Shown here: piece by piece, positions 7,772-20,539 of the stretch
Numbering within the stretch: position 1 is the first letter of the stretch
How the letters are laid out: every line of letters begins with the position of its first letter
Source: an uncultured delta proteobacterium
GTDB taxonomy: Bacteria > Desulfobacterota > Binatia > Binatales > Binataceae
Reading direction: 5' to 3'
NCBI GenBank assembly: GCA_963724765.1
Contig: CAVRVY010000001.1
Location: 1,120,001 to 1,184,000, forward strand
Length of the DNA: 64,000 nucleotides
Translations under genes and position numbers: made by a program
Notes under the pieces: model-generated
What the model was told of the DNA's origin: nothing
The model's database searches: none
What the model saw: only the letters and a program-made list of their open reading frames with translations

Positions 7772-8890
7772 CTAAAGCGTGCGCTTCACCGTCATGCTCG
7801 CAATCACCAGCATGATCGCGGTGAAGACCACCAGGAACGCGAGGTCGTTCGAGATCGCGGCGAAGTTTGCTCCCTTGAACAGGATCGATTTGAGCGCGCT
7901 CACCGCGTGGGTTTCCGGATTGTAGTGAGCGAAGGCCCGCAGCCACGGCGGAAAGCTTTCGATTGGATAAATAGCGCCGCTCGGAAAAAACAGGATCACG
8001 TTGAGGAAGCCGGCCGACGCGCCGACCACGCGCGGATTATTCGCGCGCGCCAGTATAACGAAGGTCATCGCGAGAATTCCGGTCGCCCCGATGATGATCA
8101 CGCCCACCAGCATCGCGGCCGCCAGCGCCCCGCCGGTAATCGTGCCGCCGGTGATCAGCAACCCCACCGCCAGCACGATCACCGACGCAACGCTGGTCAC
8201 CAGCACGCTCGAGCCCAGCACGCCGGCGGCGAGGTTCCAGCGCGACAGCGGCGTCACCAGGTAGCACTCCGTGATCCCCATGAAACGGTCCATCACCCAG
8301 TTGAACACGCCCGAGGTCAGCGAGCCCATGAACAGCGCCATCACGATCACGCCGGGAATCAGCGAGCGGTCGTAGTCGACGGTGGTGAAAAGGTTGCTCG
8401 GGCGCATCACGATCTGGTCGAGCTTGGGCTCGCGCGCGGTGACGTAGCCGGCGCGGATCACGGCGGTCGCCTGGCTGAACACCCCCGTAAGCGTCGCCGC
8501 GCTGATGGTGTCGACGTTGTCGGTGAACAATCCCAGCTCACCGATGCGGCCCTCATCGATGCTGTGGCTGAAACCGGCCGGGATGATCAGCGCGGCTTTG
8601 TAAACGCCATCGCGCACGTCCTGGATCGCCGTGCCCGCGTCGCTGTTATAGGTGATGGCGATGGTTTTTGGGCCGGCGGCCAGCGCCTGCATCTGCTCCA
8701 TCACGCGGATCGCATAGGGGCCGTTGTCCTGACTGACGATCACCACCGGCAGATGCTTGAGCACGCCCTGGAATGAGTTGCCGAAGATGACCAGGTAGAT
8801 GATCGGCAGCAGAACGCTGGTAAAGATGGTCAGCGGATTGCGCCCGATCTTGAGCAGGTCGCGCCGCATTATCGACCACGTTTTTCTCAT
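7772..8890 (-). CDS. ABC-2 type transporter permease
   Basis: N-terminal TM, periplasmic domain, five C-terminal TMs, SGAIYPIESFPPWL...NPETHAV. Confidence 0.9.
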   Translation of the reverse strand: MRKTWSIMRRDLLKIGRNPLTIFTSVLLPIIYLVIFGNSFQGVLKHLPVVIVSQDNGPYAIRVMEQMQALAAGPKTIAITYNSDAGTAIQDVRDGVYKAALIIPAGFSHSIDEGRIGELGLFTDNVDTISAATLTGVFSQATAVIRAGYVTAREPKLDQIVMRPSNLFTTVDYDRSLIPGVIVMALFMGSLTSGVFNWVMDRFMGITECYLVTPLSRWNLAAGVLGSSVLVTSVASVIVLAVGLLITGGTITGGALAAAMLVGVIIIGATGILAMTFVILARANNPRVVGASAGFLNVILFFPSGAIYPIESFPPWLRAFAHYNPETHAVSALKSILFKGANFAAISNDLAFLVVFTAIMLVIASMTVKRTL

Positions 8891-8906
8891 CGCCGTTAAA
8901 TCTCCG

Positions 8907-9925
8907 TCAGCGTCCCGGCGGCATCGGCATCCCGAAGCTCGAGCTGAAGAAGCCGCCCTTGCGCGCCGGTTCGTCGCGCAGACGCCGCCCGGTGAAGCGG
9001 ATGAAGACGTCCTCGAGCGACATCCGCTCGAGCTTGATCGATGAGACCTTGGCGCCGGCGTTTTCGATCTCGCTGATGATTTTCGGCATCGCGTGGGCGC
9101 CGTCGTCGACCGAGACGATAATCGGGCCGTCGGGATCGCGCGTGACGTCGTGGACGCCGGGCTGTCCGCGCAGCATCGCGATGATCTTCTCGGCGTCGCC
9201 CATGCACCTCGAGTTCGATGCGGTCCGAGCCCTTGACCATCGCCTTGAGCTCAGCCGGCGTTCCGATCGCGATGATCTTGCCGCCATCGACGATCGCGAT
9301 CCGGTCGCATAGCGTTTCCGCCTCGTCCATATAATGCGTGGTAAGCGAAATGGTGAGTCCGGTGTCGCGCCGCAACTGCTCGAGCAAATCCCACACCGCG
9401 CGCCGGCTCTGCGGGTCAAGCCCGATGGTCGGCTCGTCAAGGAACAGGACCTCGGGCGAATGGATCGAGCCCGCGCGCGATTTCCAGCCGCCGGCGCATC
9501 CCGCCCGAGTAGGTCTGTACGAGATCGTTGGCGCGCTCGGTCAAGCCCACCATGTGGATCAGATGCTGCGCGCGCTCGCGCCGCACGCGCCGGCTGAGAT
9601 TGTAGAAGCCGCCGTAGATGTCGACGTTCTCCCATCCGGTGAGTTCGAGGTCGGAGGTCAGCGCCTGCGGAATCACGCCGATCGCCTCGCGCACGCGCAC
9701 GGGGTCGCGCGCGACGTCGAGGCCGGCAACGAAGCCGTGCCCCGAGGTCGGCACGATCAGCGTCGTCAGCATCCGGCTGAGCGTGGTCTTGCCCGCACCG
9801 TTGGGTCCGAGCAGGCCGAACAATTCGCCGCGCCGCACCTCGAAACTCACGTGGTCGACGGCGGTGAATTCGCCGAAGCGCTTAGTGAGTTCGAGCGCCT
9901 GTATTGCTGCTGATTGCGATTCCAT
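8907..9925 (-). pseudogene. ABC transporter ATP-binding protein (DrrA-like), two +1 frameshifts at ~9466 and ~9200
   Basis: Walker A GPNGAGKT and YSGGMRRR are in one frame, [11 protein letters not shown] and the H-loop TTHYM in a second, and the C-terminal SLEDVF in a third. May be a sequencing artefact. Confidence 0.85.
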
Positions 9926-10767
9926 TGTTGAGCGCAAATGCGACCTCGGCGGTCATCCCCGGCTTCACCTGCCCGGTCGCCTGCAAAACCCGCACTTTGA
10001 CGTAGAACGTGCGGATGTCCTGGCGGCCTCGGCGAACGTCGGTCTCGGTCGCGAATTGTCCCTCCTGTCCGATCGCCATCACTTGCCCCGGAAAAACCAG
10101 CGGCGGATGCGTCGGCAGCGTCACCTGTGCCGGAGCGCCGACACGGATCGCGCCGAGGTCGGTCTCTTCCATGTCGACGCGCGCCCAGATGGTCGAAAGA
10201 TCGTCGATGGTGAGGACTGGCGTTCCCGGCGTGACCCATTCGCCGACTTCGAGGTTCTTGCTCACGACGGTCCCGGAGATCGGAGAGCGAATGACGGTGT
10301 CGTTCAACTGGTCGGCGTAGTACTGCACGTTGGCTTTGGCGGCCGTCACCGCGCCGCGGTCGCTGTCGAGCGCCGCGCGCGCGTCGTCGCGGTCCTTGGT
10401 CGAAATCACGTGCTCGGCATACAGCTTGTCGTCGCGCGCCATCGTGATTTCCGCGTCTCGCAGCGTGGCGCTGGCATTCGCGAGATCGCCTCGCGCCTTG
10501 GCGAGCTGATTCTTTATGTCGATGTCTTCGATGCGGCATACGACCTGGCCGCGCTCGACCGTGTCGCCCTCGAGCAGGTCGAGCTGCACGATCCGGCCGG
10601 CGATGCGGCTCGTGATGTTCACCTCGGGCGCTTCGATTATGCCGACGGTCTGGATCGTTCCGGTATCAGGCGCGGGCCAAAGATATCTGCTGCCCAGGTA
10701 GTAGCCGCCGCCGAGAATCAGCGCGACGAGCGCAAGTCTTCATCACTTTGCGGATAATGGCATTCAT
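9882..10767 (-). pseudogene. HlyD/efflux membrane-fusion protein, +1 frameshift at ~10740
   Basis: MNAIIRKVM joins RLALVALILGGGYYL...EVNITSRIAG if one A is removed. Lipoyl-like halves GDTVERGQ and IRSPISGTV are present. Confidence 0.8.
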
Positions 10768-11514
10768 AGGATTGTGCCGTGTTTCGCCGGCGCCGAAGCG
10801 CTGTACGGCCAGCGTCATGATTTTCGCCGCTTTGCCGGTTACGGCGCGTTCCATTGCGGGAACGCGAGGCGCTGCGGAGCTCGCGTGCCAGCCGGACCAT
10901 CAGCTTGTCGAACAGCTTGGCCCTTGAGCGCGCGATACTCCATGGCCAATCTCGACCATGCTGGTGCGAAAAGGGCTCGCGCCATGGCTTTTCATGTCCT
11001 CCAGCAGCTGTTCGAGGAACGACTGCCACGCGCCGGCGAAACGGCGCTCGCGCTCGACATGATGCAGCGCGGCCTCCGGGTCGTGATGCGCGAAATAGAT
11101 TTTGACCTGCGCCTCGTCGTAGACGAAGATCGGCTGCGCGGGCTCGCGCAGCGTGCGCAGGAAATACTCGCGTCCCTTGTGAGTGATCGCGTAGACTTTG
11201 CGGGCGCGCCGGCCATGCCGCTCGGCTCGCATCGTGACCATCGCGTCGTGCGCGAGTTTCTTGAGCGCGGGATAAAGCGAGCCGTCGCTGGCCCGGTAGA
11301 AGAAGCCGATCGGATCGCGAAAGCGGCGCTTGATGTCATAGCCGGTCATCTCGGACTCCATCAGGAAGCCCAGGATGGGAAACTTGATGTCGATACGCGG
11401 CGGCTTTTTGGGCCAGCCGACCTCGGGAGGCGCTTCCCAGCGTGAGAAGGATTCCTTGGCCGCCGGCCGCTTCGGTGAAATCGTCGTTCGCCCCTTTGTG
11501 TGGTTCGATTTCAT
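10718..11514 (-). pseudogene. PadR-family transcriptional regulator, C-terminus disrupted by +1 frameshifts at ~10945 and ~10922
   Basis: ILGFL...TGYDIK...GSLYPALKKL...RKVYAITHKG PadR motif. The repaired end reads IGMEYRALKAKLFDKL. Confidence 0.8.
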
Positions 11515-11536
11515 CCTCGTCTCCTACAGCATCACA

Positions 11537-11555
11537 ATATATCGACTTGATGTAT
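11537..11555. promoter_or_regulatory. palindromic operator, probable PadR autoregulatory site
   Basis: ATATATC-N5-GATGTAT inverted repeat with one mismatch, about 20 nt upstream of the padR start. Confidence 0.55.
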
Positions 11556-11693
11556 CGAAGCAAGTCTCTGGGAAAAGCCGCATAAATGCCGGAGTCGATC
11601 GCCTTCGGCCGCGGATCGCCGGCGCCTTGTTTCCGTATGGTCTGGTTTCGCAGAGTCTGCTAGATATCTCCGCGAAAAGAAGGAGCGGTCCGA

Positions 11694-12923
11694 TTGGCAG
11701 GTGGCGTCCCAGGCAGATCGATCCCGGTTGTGGAAGTCAGCGATGAGCAGGAGCTCGCGGCCACGACCGCGCAATCCCGCGAGCGATTCTATCTGCCGGA
11801 ACTCGACACGCTGCGCTTCTTCGCCTTCCTCTGCGTCTTTGCGTTCCATCTTACGTACAGCCTCACGTGGCGGCCGGGGATTGTCAAAACTATATTGACT
11901 AAAGATCTACTTCCGGCAGGAGCTTTCGGAGTCGATCTGTTCTTTACGCTTAGCGCATACCTGATTACGAAACTTCTGTTGAAAGAGCGCGCTACTTCAG
12001 GGAAGGTCCATTTTCTGTACTTTTATGCGCGCCGCGCGCTCAGAATCTGGCCGCTGTATTTTTGCTTTCTGGCGTTTGGATCGGTTCTTGTCTACTTCGA
12101 TGCTGCTTTTCGCTACAGCACAGTAGAGCCCAAATATCTATTGCTGATGGCGGTTTTCGTGGGTAATTTTGCGCCGGCAAGCTGGATGGGATCCGCTTTT
12201 GTCTTAAGCCATCTCTGGAGTGTGTCAGTGGAGGAGCAGTTCTACCTATTCTGGCCGATGGCTATTCGAAAGGCGTCTGAGCACAGAATTAGAATAATCG
12301 CTGTGGGATTGCTCGTAATCGCGTCTTTCGCGCGGATAACAGCTTATTGGGCGAGGGTTTCGCCGCTATGGGTGTGGACGTGTACCTTCACGCGTCTCGA
12401 TCCATTCGCGGTGGGTATTCTGTTAGGTACGATGCCCTACGCGAAGGTCTCCGCGCTGCGCTCGCGCTGGCGAATAGGTGTCTTGCTGACGGCGATTGTA
12501 GCCTGGTCGTTCGCGCGCTATTTCAACGCGGCGTTAGTGCCGAGACAGATGCACCCGGGCTTGCTCCTGGGATATCCGTTGGCCGCCCTTGGCAGCGGAG
12601 GATTTCTGCTTGCGATGCTGGGGGCGGGCAGCGCAGGCGTGCGCTGGGCGACCAACGCGTGGCTAGTCTACTTGGGCAGGATCTCGTATGGCCTTTACGT
12701 TTATCACTTGTTCGCCATGCTCTTCATCAGTCACTACGTATTTCCGTGGTATGTCGCCCGGTTTCAGGACTCAGGTGGGCCGCTGTGGGTCGGATGGCTG
12801 ATGTACATTACGCTGAGTCTTTCATTGACGATTCTTATGGCCGCCGCTTCCTACAGATGGCTTGAAAGTCCATTTCTCAAGCTGAAGCATCGATTCACCT
12901 ATATTGAGTCGCGCCCCGTCTGA
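11694..12923 (+). CDS. acyltransferase family 3 (OafA/YrhL-like O-acyltransferase)
   Basis: LDTLRFFA, GVDLFFTLSAYLI, RRALRIWPLY, HLWSVSVEEQFY, GRISYGLYVYH and SYRWLESP motifs. Confidence 0.92.
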   Translation: MAGGVPGRSIPVVEVSDEQELAATTAQSRERFYLPELDTLRFFAFLCVFAFHLTYSLTWRPGIVKTILTKDLLPAGAFGVDLFFTLSAYLITKLLLKERATSGKVHFLYFYARRALRIWPLYFCFLAFGSVLVYFDAAFRYSTVEPKYLLLMAVFVGNFAPASWMGSAFVLSHLWSVSVEEQFYLFWPMAIRKASEHRIRIIAVGLLVIASFARITAYWARVSPLWVWTCTFTRLDPFAVGILLGTMPYAKVSALRSRWRIGVLLTAIVAWSFARYFNAALVPRQMHPGLLLGYPLAALGSGGFLLAMLGAGSAGVRWATNAWLVYLGRISYGLYVYHLFAMLFISHYVFPWYVARFQDSGGPLWVGWLMYITLSLSLTILMAAASYRWLESPFLKLKHRFTYIESRPV

Positions 12924-12948
12924 AGAAGTTGCCAGCGCTTGGCGCACC

Positions 12949-13758
12949 TCAATCCTTCGAGCTGTAGCTGACCCCGAGCCCGGCGCGCGCGTCCTGCTGG
13001 ATCCCGTACTGCGGAATCGGATAGCGCAGGCCGTTGGCGGCCAGGCGCTTCAATCCTTCGATCGTTTTCGGCAGGTAGCGCGGCGGAATCGCCATCAGTA
13101 GTTCGTCGTCCAGCACGCCGCCGTAGCGGCGCTCGGCGAAACACGGAATTGAGACGCTCGGCTCGCCGGTCTTGAGCGCGCGGCCCCACGAGTCTGCGCA
13201 TGCCGACTCGCCGACGCATCCCCACTGAAACTTCTTGTAGCCCGCCCACTGCAGGCCATTGATGAAGATGATCATCTGGCCCGGCGTTCCGTAAATCAGG
13301 CAGATGTCGGGCGGGTTGAGGCGACCCGAGGTCAGCGGCGAGACCGCCATCGCGGCGTACTTCCCGTGAGGCACGACGTCCATCGCATGCTGATGGGCCG
13401 AGGAATCCTCCACCGTCGAGTACCATACGCCGGCCATCTGCTTGCCCGAGAGCCAGTGATCGTCGGCTGGTTGCAGTCCGATCACCACCGCGCATTGCGC
13501 GCCGACCAGGTCCTTGGCGGTGATGCCTACGGTCCAGCCCAGGCGTGCGGCCTGGGCGACGATCTGATCGGTGGTGTGGATCGACTTTGGCCGGCGCAGC
13601 TTGGGAATCTGCTCCATCTCCTCGACCGTGGCGAACAGTTTCATCCCGATCGGCGTGGTGCGGAGCCGCAGCAGGCGGTTGAGATCATCGACGATCTGGT
13701 TCCAGTCATACGATTCGGGTTCGGCGAAGCTCGCCGGCTCCGGGCGGGTCCGTTCCAT
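12949..13758 (-). CDS. DUF169 family protein
   Basis: LRTTPIGMK, GESACAD and SIPCFAERRYG...DELLMAIP motifs. GGAGG RBS. Confidence 0.8.
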   Translation of the reverse strand: MERTRPEPASFAEPESYDWNQIVDDLNRLLRLRTTPIGMKLFATVEEMEQIPKLRRPKSIHTTDQIVAQAARLGWTVGITAKDLVGAQCAVVIGLQPADDHWLSGKQMAGVWYSTVEDSSAHQHAMDVVPHGKYAAMAVSPLTSGRLNPPDICLIYGTPGQMIIFINGLQWAGYKKFQWGCVGESACADSWGRALKTGEPSVSIPCFAERRYGGVLDDELLMAIPPRYLPKTIEGLKRLAANGLRYPIPQYGIQQDARAGLGVSYSSKD

Positions 13759-13912
13759 CTGCTCTTACCTCCGGTGATGCGTTTTATACCACAGGCCGTC
13801 TGCCTCGCCACGAGGCGGCGGCGCGCGCCACGCGTTACGCGCCTACTTGCTGGCGCGCGTTGCATTGACTGTCCGCCGATGCGACCATAACGTCGATCGA
13901 GTGAGACGCGAA

Positions 13913-14278
13913 ATGGATAGACCGTTGGCACCGGCGGGGGGGTCGCGATTTCGATTAGCACCCTTCATCCTGTTCCTGCTGCTGTCCACGTTTGCGCTCA
14001 GTCTGCATGTTCAACTGGGCAGGTACGACCATCTCTCCAGCTTCTCCGGCAAGCACATACTCCACGGCGACCTCCGGCCTAACGGCGACAAACCCGTGCA
14101 AAATTTCGCCGAGGCACATGGCGCAACGGTTTCAGCGCTTGCCGTGAGCGTGTCACCGCATATAAGTTCGCTTTCGCGGTTGATCTCGAATACCGCTTTG
14201 CCGTCCTCCGAGACCTCAGTTCGCAAATTGTTAAGCTACCTTGCGCTGTTCGTTCGCCCGCCCCCAATTCTCCCCTAA
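13913..14278 (+). CDS. membrane-anchored small protein ending RPPP; candidate arrest/leader peptide
   Basis: N-terminal hydrophobic segment, His-containing linker, C-terminus LFVRPPPILP*. Confidence 0.6.
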   Translation: MDRPLAPAGGSRFRLAPFILFLLLSTFALSLHVQLGRYDHLSSFSGKHILHGDLRPNGDKPVQNFAEAHGATVSALAVSVSPHISSLSRLISNTALPSSETSVRKLLSYLALFVRPPPILP

Positions 14279-14459
14279 GCGACCAAATAGTCGCATTTGA
14301 AAGAATCGCCTGACGTGACCGATACCTGTCGGTCCGACATGTGGCGTATTTCCGCTATTTGCGCGACAGACGCTCCGGATGACGTCGGTGTCCGTGACCC
14401 GCGCAAACGCAAACGACGAGGGACGGTTCCCGAGCAGATTAAGGAAGGGCTTCACCAGA

Positions 14460-14744
14460 ATGGATAGCGTGAAGTTTAAGACGATCGAGATCTTCGAAGT
14501 TCCGAAGTGGGTGCGCAGACTAAGCGAGTGCAAAGGTTTGGTTCTTTTTCTGGCCTGGCTCGGATACGCGGCGTACGTGTCAGTCATCAACCACCTCGGA
14601 TGGCCTGCGAGTCATGAGCAATGGGACATCGCCCTGGTTGCGATTCTGGCCTTCGCTGCGGGATGGGCCTGTGTGCGGATCGGCTTTTGCCTGATCAGCC
14701 GCGCGCAGACCGAGTTGCATCGGGCGGGTAGGGATGTGCCTTGA
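14460..14744 (+). CDS. small two-TM membrane protein
   Basis: AAGGAAGG upstream, two hydrophobic segments. Confidence 0.55.
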   Translation: MDSVKFKTIEIFEVPKWVRRLSECKGLVLFLAWLGYAAYVSVINHLGWPASHEQWDIALVAILAFAAGWACVRIGFCLISRAQTELHRAGRDVP

Positions 14745-14784
14745 GTGATCGCTTCGACTGAGCGGGCAAGGAGGAATAGAAGAC

Positions 14785-16137
14785 GTGACTTCCACAGGCA
14801 TCGCTACCCTTCCGTACGTTGACGTTGCTTCGAAAATTGCACTCGCCGTGGCGGTGGGACTTCTCGTTGGTCTGGAGCGAGAATGGGCGCAAAAGGCGGT
14901 AGGGGCTCGGACCTTTGCAATAATTGCATTACTCGGGACGCTCACTTACCTGGTTTCTTCCGAGCTTCTGGTCGTCGCTTTTTGCGGAACCTTCCTGCTC
15001 GTAGTGCTTTTGAATATCAACCACCTGCTGAAGAATTGGCCACTCGATACGGCTAGTCCGGGCGCACCGCGCAAACGTGCGCGCGAGCCAGCGTACGTGA
15101 CTGATCGAGACTCGCCCCTGGAAATAACGACTTCTGCGGCGCTCGTGGTGACGTTGATGCTCGGAGCACTGATCGGACAGGGCCATTATTTCACCGCGAT
15201 TACGTCGGCCGTAGTGATGACAATGCTGCTCGCATGGAAGGAAGGGCTGTCTCGCTTCGCGGGCGGATTGCAGCCAGAGGAGATTCGTAGCGCAGTCCTC
15301 TTGAGCTTGCTTACTTTCGTCATCTATCCGCTGCTGCCGAACAGATTCATCGATCCGCTGGACCTGCTTAATCCAAAACAGTCGTGGCTCATCGTGGTCG
15401 TTATCGCCGGTCTCGGGTTTACCAACTACGTGATGCTGCGGCTTTACGGGACACGCGGCGTGTACTACGCCGCCTTCCTCGGCGGACTCGTCAATAGCAC
15501 GGCAACCGTAGCCGAGCTTTCGGGCCTCTTCAGAAACTTGGACGGTTCTACCTCACTTACTGTCGCCGTGATTATGGTCACCAGTGTCGCGATGTTCCTG
15601 CGCAATCTCGTGATCCTCGCGATCTTCGCGCCTGCCGCTGTCGGCACGGCGTTACTTCCGCTGACAGCGATGGCGCTCGCCGCGCTCTCGATAGCGTGGC
15701 TACATGCACAGCGGGAAGACTCTCGGATGTCGCCACCACTTGCTCTCTCGTCGCCCGTCTCGCCGCCGCATGTGCTGAAATTTGCCGCGATGTTCGTCGC
15801 CCTCGCCGCTGCGGGCACTCTCGCACAAATGTATACGGGTACGTTGGGCTTTTTGGCGCTCAGTATCGTTGGCGGGCTGGCGAGCAGCGCGAGCACGACG
15901 GCGACCGCTGCTGCCCTCGCCGCAGCCGGGAAAATAACCTCCAGCAATGCGGGTATGGCTGTCGTGCTCACTTCAATGGCGAGCGCCCTCGTCGATATGC
16001 CGATCGTTTACCGGCAGATTCGCGCCAAGGCCGTTTCCTACCGGCTGGCCGCTGTGTCGATGCTGGTACTCGTAGTCGGGCTGGGCGTCATGGCGCTGGG
16101 TCGTTCAGAAGGGCATTGGTGGCGTTGGCTTCGATAG
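14785..16137 (+). CDS. MgtC/SapB family membrane protein with DUF4010
   Basis: GLLVGLERE...GARTF and EITTSAAL (MgtC N-terminus), LPNRFIDPLDLLNP and GGLVNSTAT (DUF4010). AAGGAGG RBS. Confidence 0.88.
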   Translation: MTSTGIATLPYVDVASKIALAVAVGLLVGLEREWAQKAVGARTFAIIALLGTLTYLVSSELLVVAFCGTFLLVVLLNINHLLKNWPLDTASPGAPRKRAREPAYVTDRDSPLEITTSAALVVTLMLGALIGQGHYFTAITSAVVMTMLLAWKEGLSRFAGGLQPEEIRSAVLLSLLTFVIYPLLPNRFIDPLDLLNPKQSWLIVVVIAGLGFTNYVMLRLYGTRGVYYAAFLGGLVNSTATVAELSGLFRNLDGSTSLTVAVIMVTSVAMFLRNLVILAIFAPAAVGTALLPLTAMALAALSIAWLHAQREDSRMSPPLALSSPVSPPHVLKFAAMFVALAAAGTLAQMYTGTLGFLALSIVGGLASSASTTATAAALAAAGKITSSNAGMAVVLTSMASALVDMPIVYRQIRAKAVSYRLAAVSMLVLVVGLGVMALGRSEGHWWRWLR

Positions 16138-16169
16138 CAAGTCGCGCTATCTGCCCTGGCTATCCGTGT

Positions 16170-16496
16170 CTATCTTCCGTGATAAGTGAAAAATGGCGTC
16201 ACGCCGATTGACGTGAGGCGGCCGTTCTTGTCGAAATCGATTCGAATCGCGATGTCTTCGCGGGTGAAACTGAAGCGCGAGCCTACGTTGCGGATTCCCG
16301 CGAGATAAGAGCGCTCATCGGGCAGATAGCTGTGTCGCCATCCGTGCGCCGTGAGGTACGCCTCGACCTGGCTCGCCGATGTGCCGATGGGAAGCTCGCG
16401 TCGTAATTGCGCGTCGAGCTGATGCGGCTCGGGGCCGCGAGCGCATCCGATGACTCCGATCGCGAGGGCCAGCAGCGCTGCGCGGGCGCGTTTCAA
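16170..16496 (-). CDS. hypothetical lipoprotein
   Basis: MKRARAALLALAIGVIGC lipoprotein-like signal. GAGG RBS. Confidence 0.65.
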   Translation of the reverse strand: MKRARAALLALAIGVIGCARGPEPHQLDAQLRRELPIGTSASQVEAYLTAHGWRHSYLPDERSYLAGIRNVGSRFSFTREDIAIRIDFDKNGRLTSIGVTPFFTYHGR

Positions 16497-16544
16497 TCAA
16501 ACCTCGTTAGGTGGATGCGGCACGTCCACGGCGCGTGGAGCGCG

Positions 16545-19376
<2,832 letters not shown>

Positions 19377-19488
19377 TACCGATCTGCCACTGCTGCCAAA
19401 CTCTCCGCGCCCGGTTTTTCCGGCTCAGCCTTGGCGCGGCCGTTTCGCCGTCGCGGCCGCGCCGCTGCGCGTGCCGAGCGTCTATCTT

Positions 19489-20538
19489 TCACACCGTTCG
19501 CTCTCGCACCGTTCGCCCGCGCACCGCCCGCCATGCGTATTCCATCGCCGCCAGCATGCTTGCGCCGTTTGCCGTACAGCATCCCGCTATATCATACGCG
19601 GTGCCGTGATCGGGTGAGGTCCGCACGAACCGCAATCCAAGGGTCACGTTCACCGCGCGCTCGAACTCCAGCGTCTTGAGCGCGATCAGCCCCTGGTCAT
19701 GATACATCGCTACCGCTGCGTCGAAGCCGAATTTACCCGCCGGCCGGATGAACGCGGTGTCGGGTGCGAGCGGCCCGTGCGCGTCGATGCCGGCGCGCCG
19801 GGCGCGGCGGATGGCCGGGACGATCACGCGCGCCTCTTCGTTGCCGAAAAGCCCGTGCTCGCCAGCGTGCGGGTTGAATCCGAGCACTCCGACGCGAGGC
19901 CGGAGCACTCCCAGGCGTCCGCTTAGATGCTGCGCGAGCAGCCGGATCGTGTCAAAGACGCCCTGACTGCTGAGCGCGCGCGAGACTCGCGCGAGTCCTA
20001 TATGTACCGTCACCAGCGCCAGCCGCAACTGGTCGCCCGCGAACATCATGCGCCAAAGCCGCGCCCGGCTAAGTTCGGCAAGCAACTCGGAGTGGCCGGG
20101 AAAGCGATGGCCCGCGCGGTTGAGCCATTCCTTGTTGATCGGCGCGGTCACCAGCGCGTCAGCCTCGCCCGCCATCGCCATCCGCGCCCCTTGCACAATA
20201 TAGCGGTACGCCGCATCGGCGCCCTGGACGCTCGGCGTCCCGGGCTTGAGCGCGGAGGCGCCGAGCCGGCCGATTTCCAGCACTGCCAGCCCGTCCGCCG
20301 GGCGCACGGGCGCGTCGCCCGGCCGCCATGTTCGCGGCTCGGGTACGCCGCGCAAACGGCGCGCGGCCTCGCGCATCGCTCCGATATCGCCGACCACGAC
20401 CAGCGCGGGTGCGCCGCGGCGCGAAGCCATCGCGGCCGCCGCCTTCAGGATAACCTCGGGACCCACGCCGGCCGGATCGCCCATGCTTACTGCCAGCAGT
20501 GCTGGCGCGCCGCGCCCTGATGGCATCCGCCGCGTCAC
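19489..20538 (-). CDS. pdxA: 4-hydroxythreonine-4-phosphate dehydrogenase
   Basis: [33 protein letters not shown] and RTSPDHGTA motifs. Confidence 0.95.
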   Translation of the reverse strand: MTRRMPSGRGAPALLAVSMGDPAGVGPEVILKAAAAMASRRGAPALVVVGDIGAMREAARRLRGVPEPRTWRPGDAPVRPADGLAVLEIGRLGASALKPGTPSVQGADAAYRYIVQGARMAMAGEADALVTAPINKEWLNRAGHRFPGHSELLAELSRARLWRMMFAGDQLRLALVTVHIGLARVSRALSSQGVFDTIRLLAQHLSGRLGVLRPRVGVLGFNPHAGEHGLFGNEEARVIVPAIRRARRAGIDAHGPLAPDTAFIRPAGKFGFDAAVAMYHDQGLIALKTLEFERAVNVTLGLRFVRTSPDHGTAYDIAGCCTANGASMLAAMEYAWRAVRGRTVRERTV

Positions 20539-20539
20539 T

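Noticed and set aside
9190-9480. Programmed ribosomal frameshifting in the ABC ATPase
   Set aside because: No slippery heptamer. Clustered +1 insertions in three neighbouring genes fit error or decay better.
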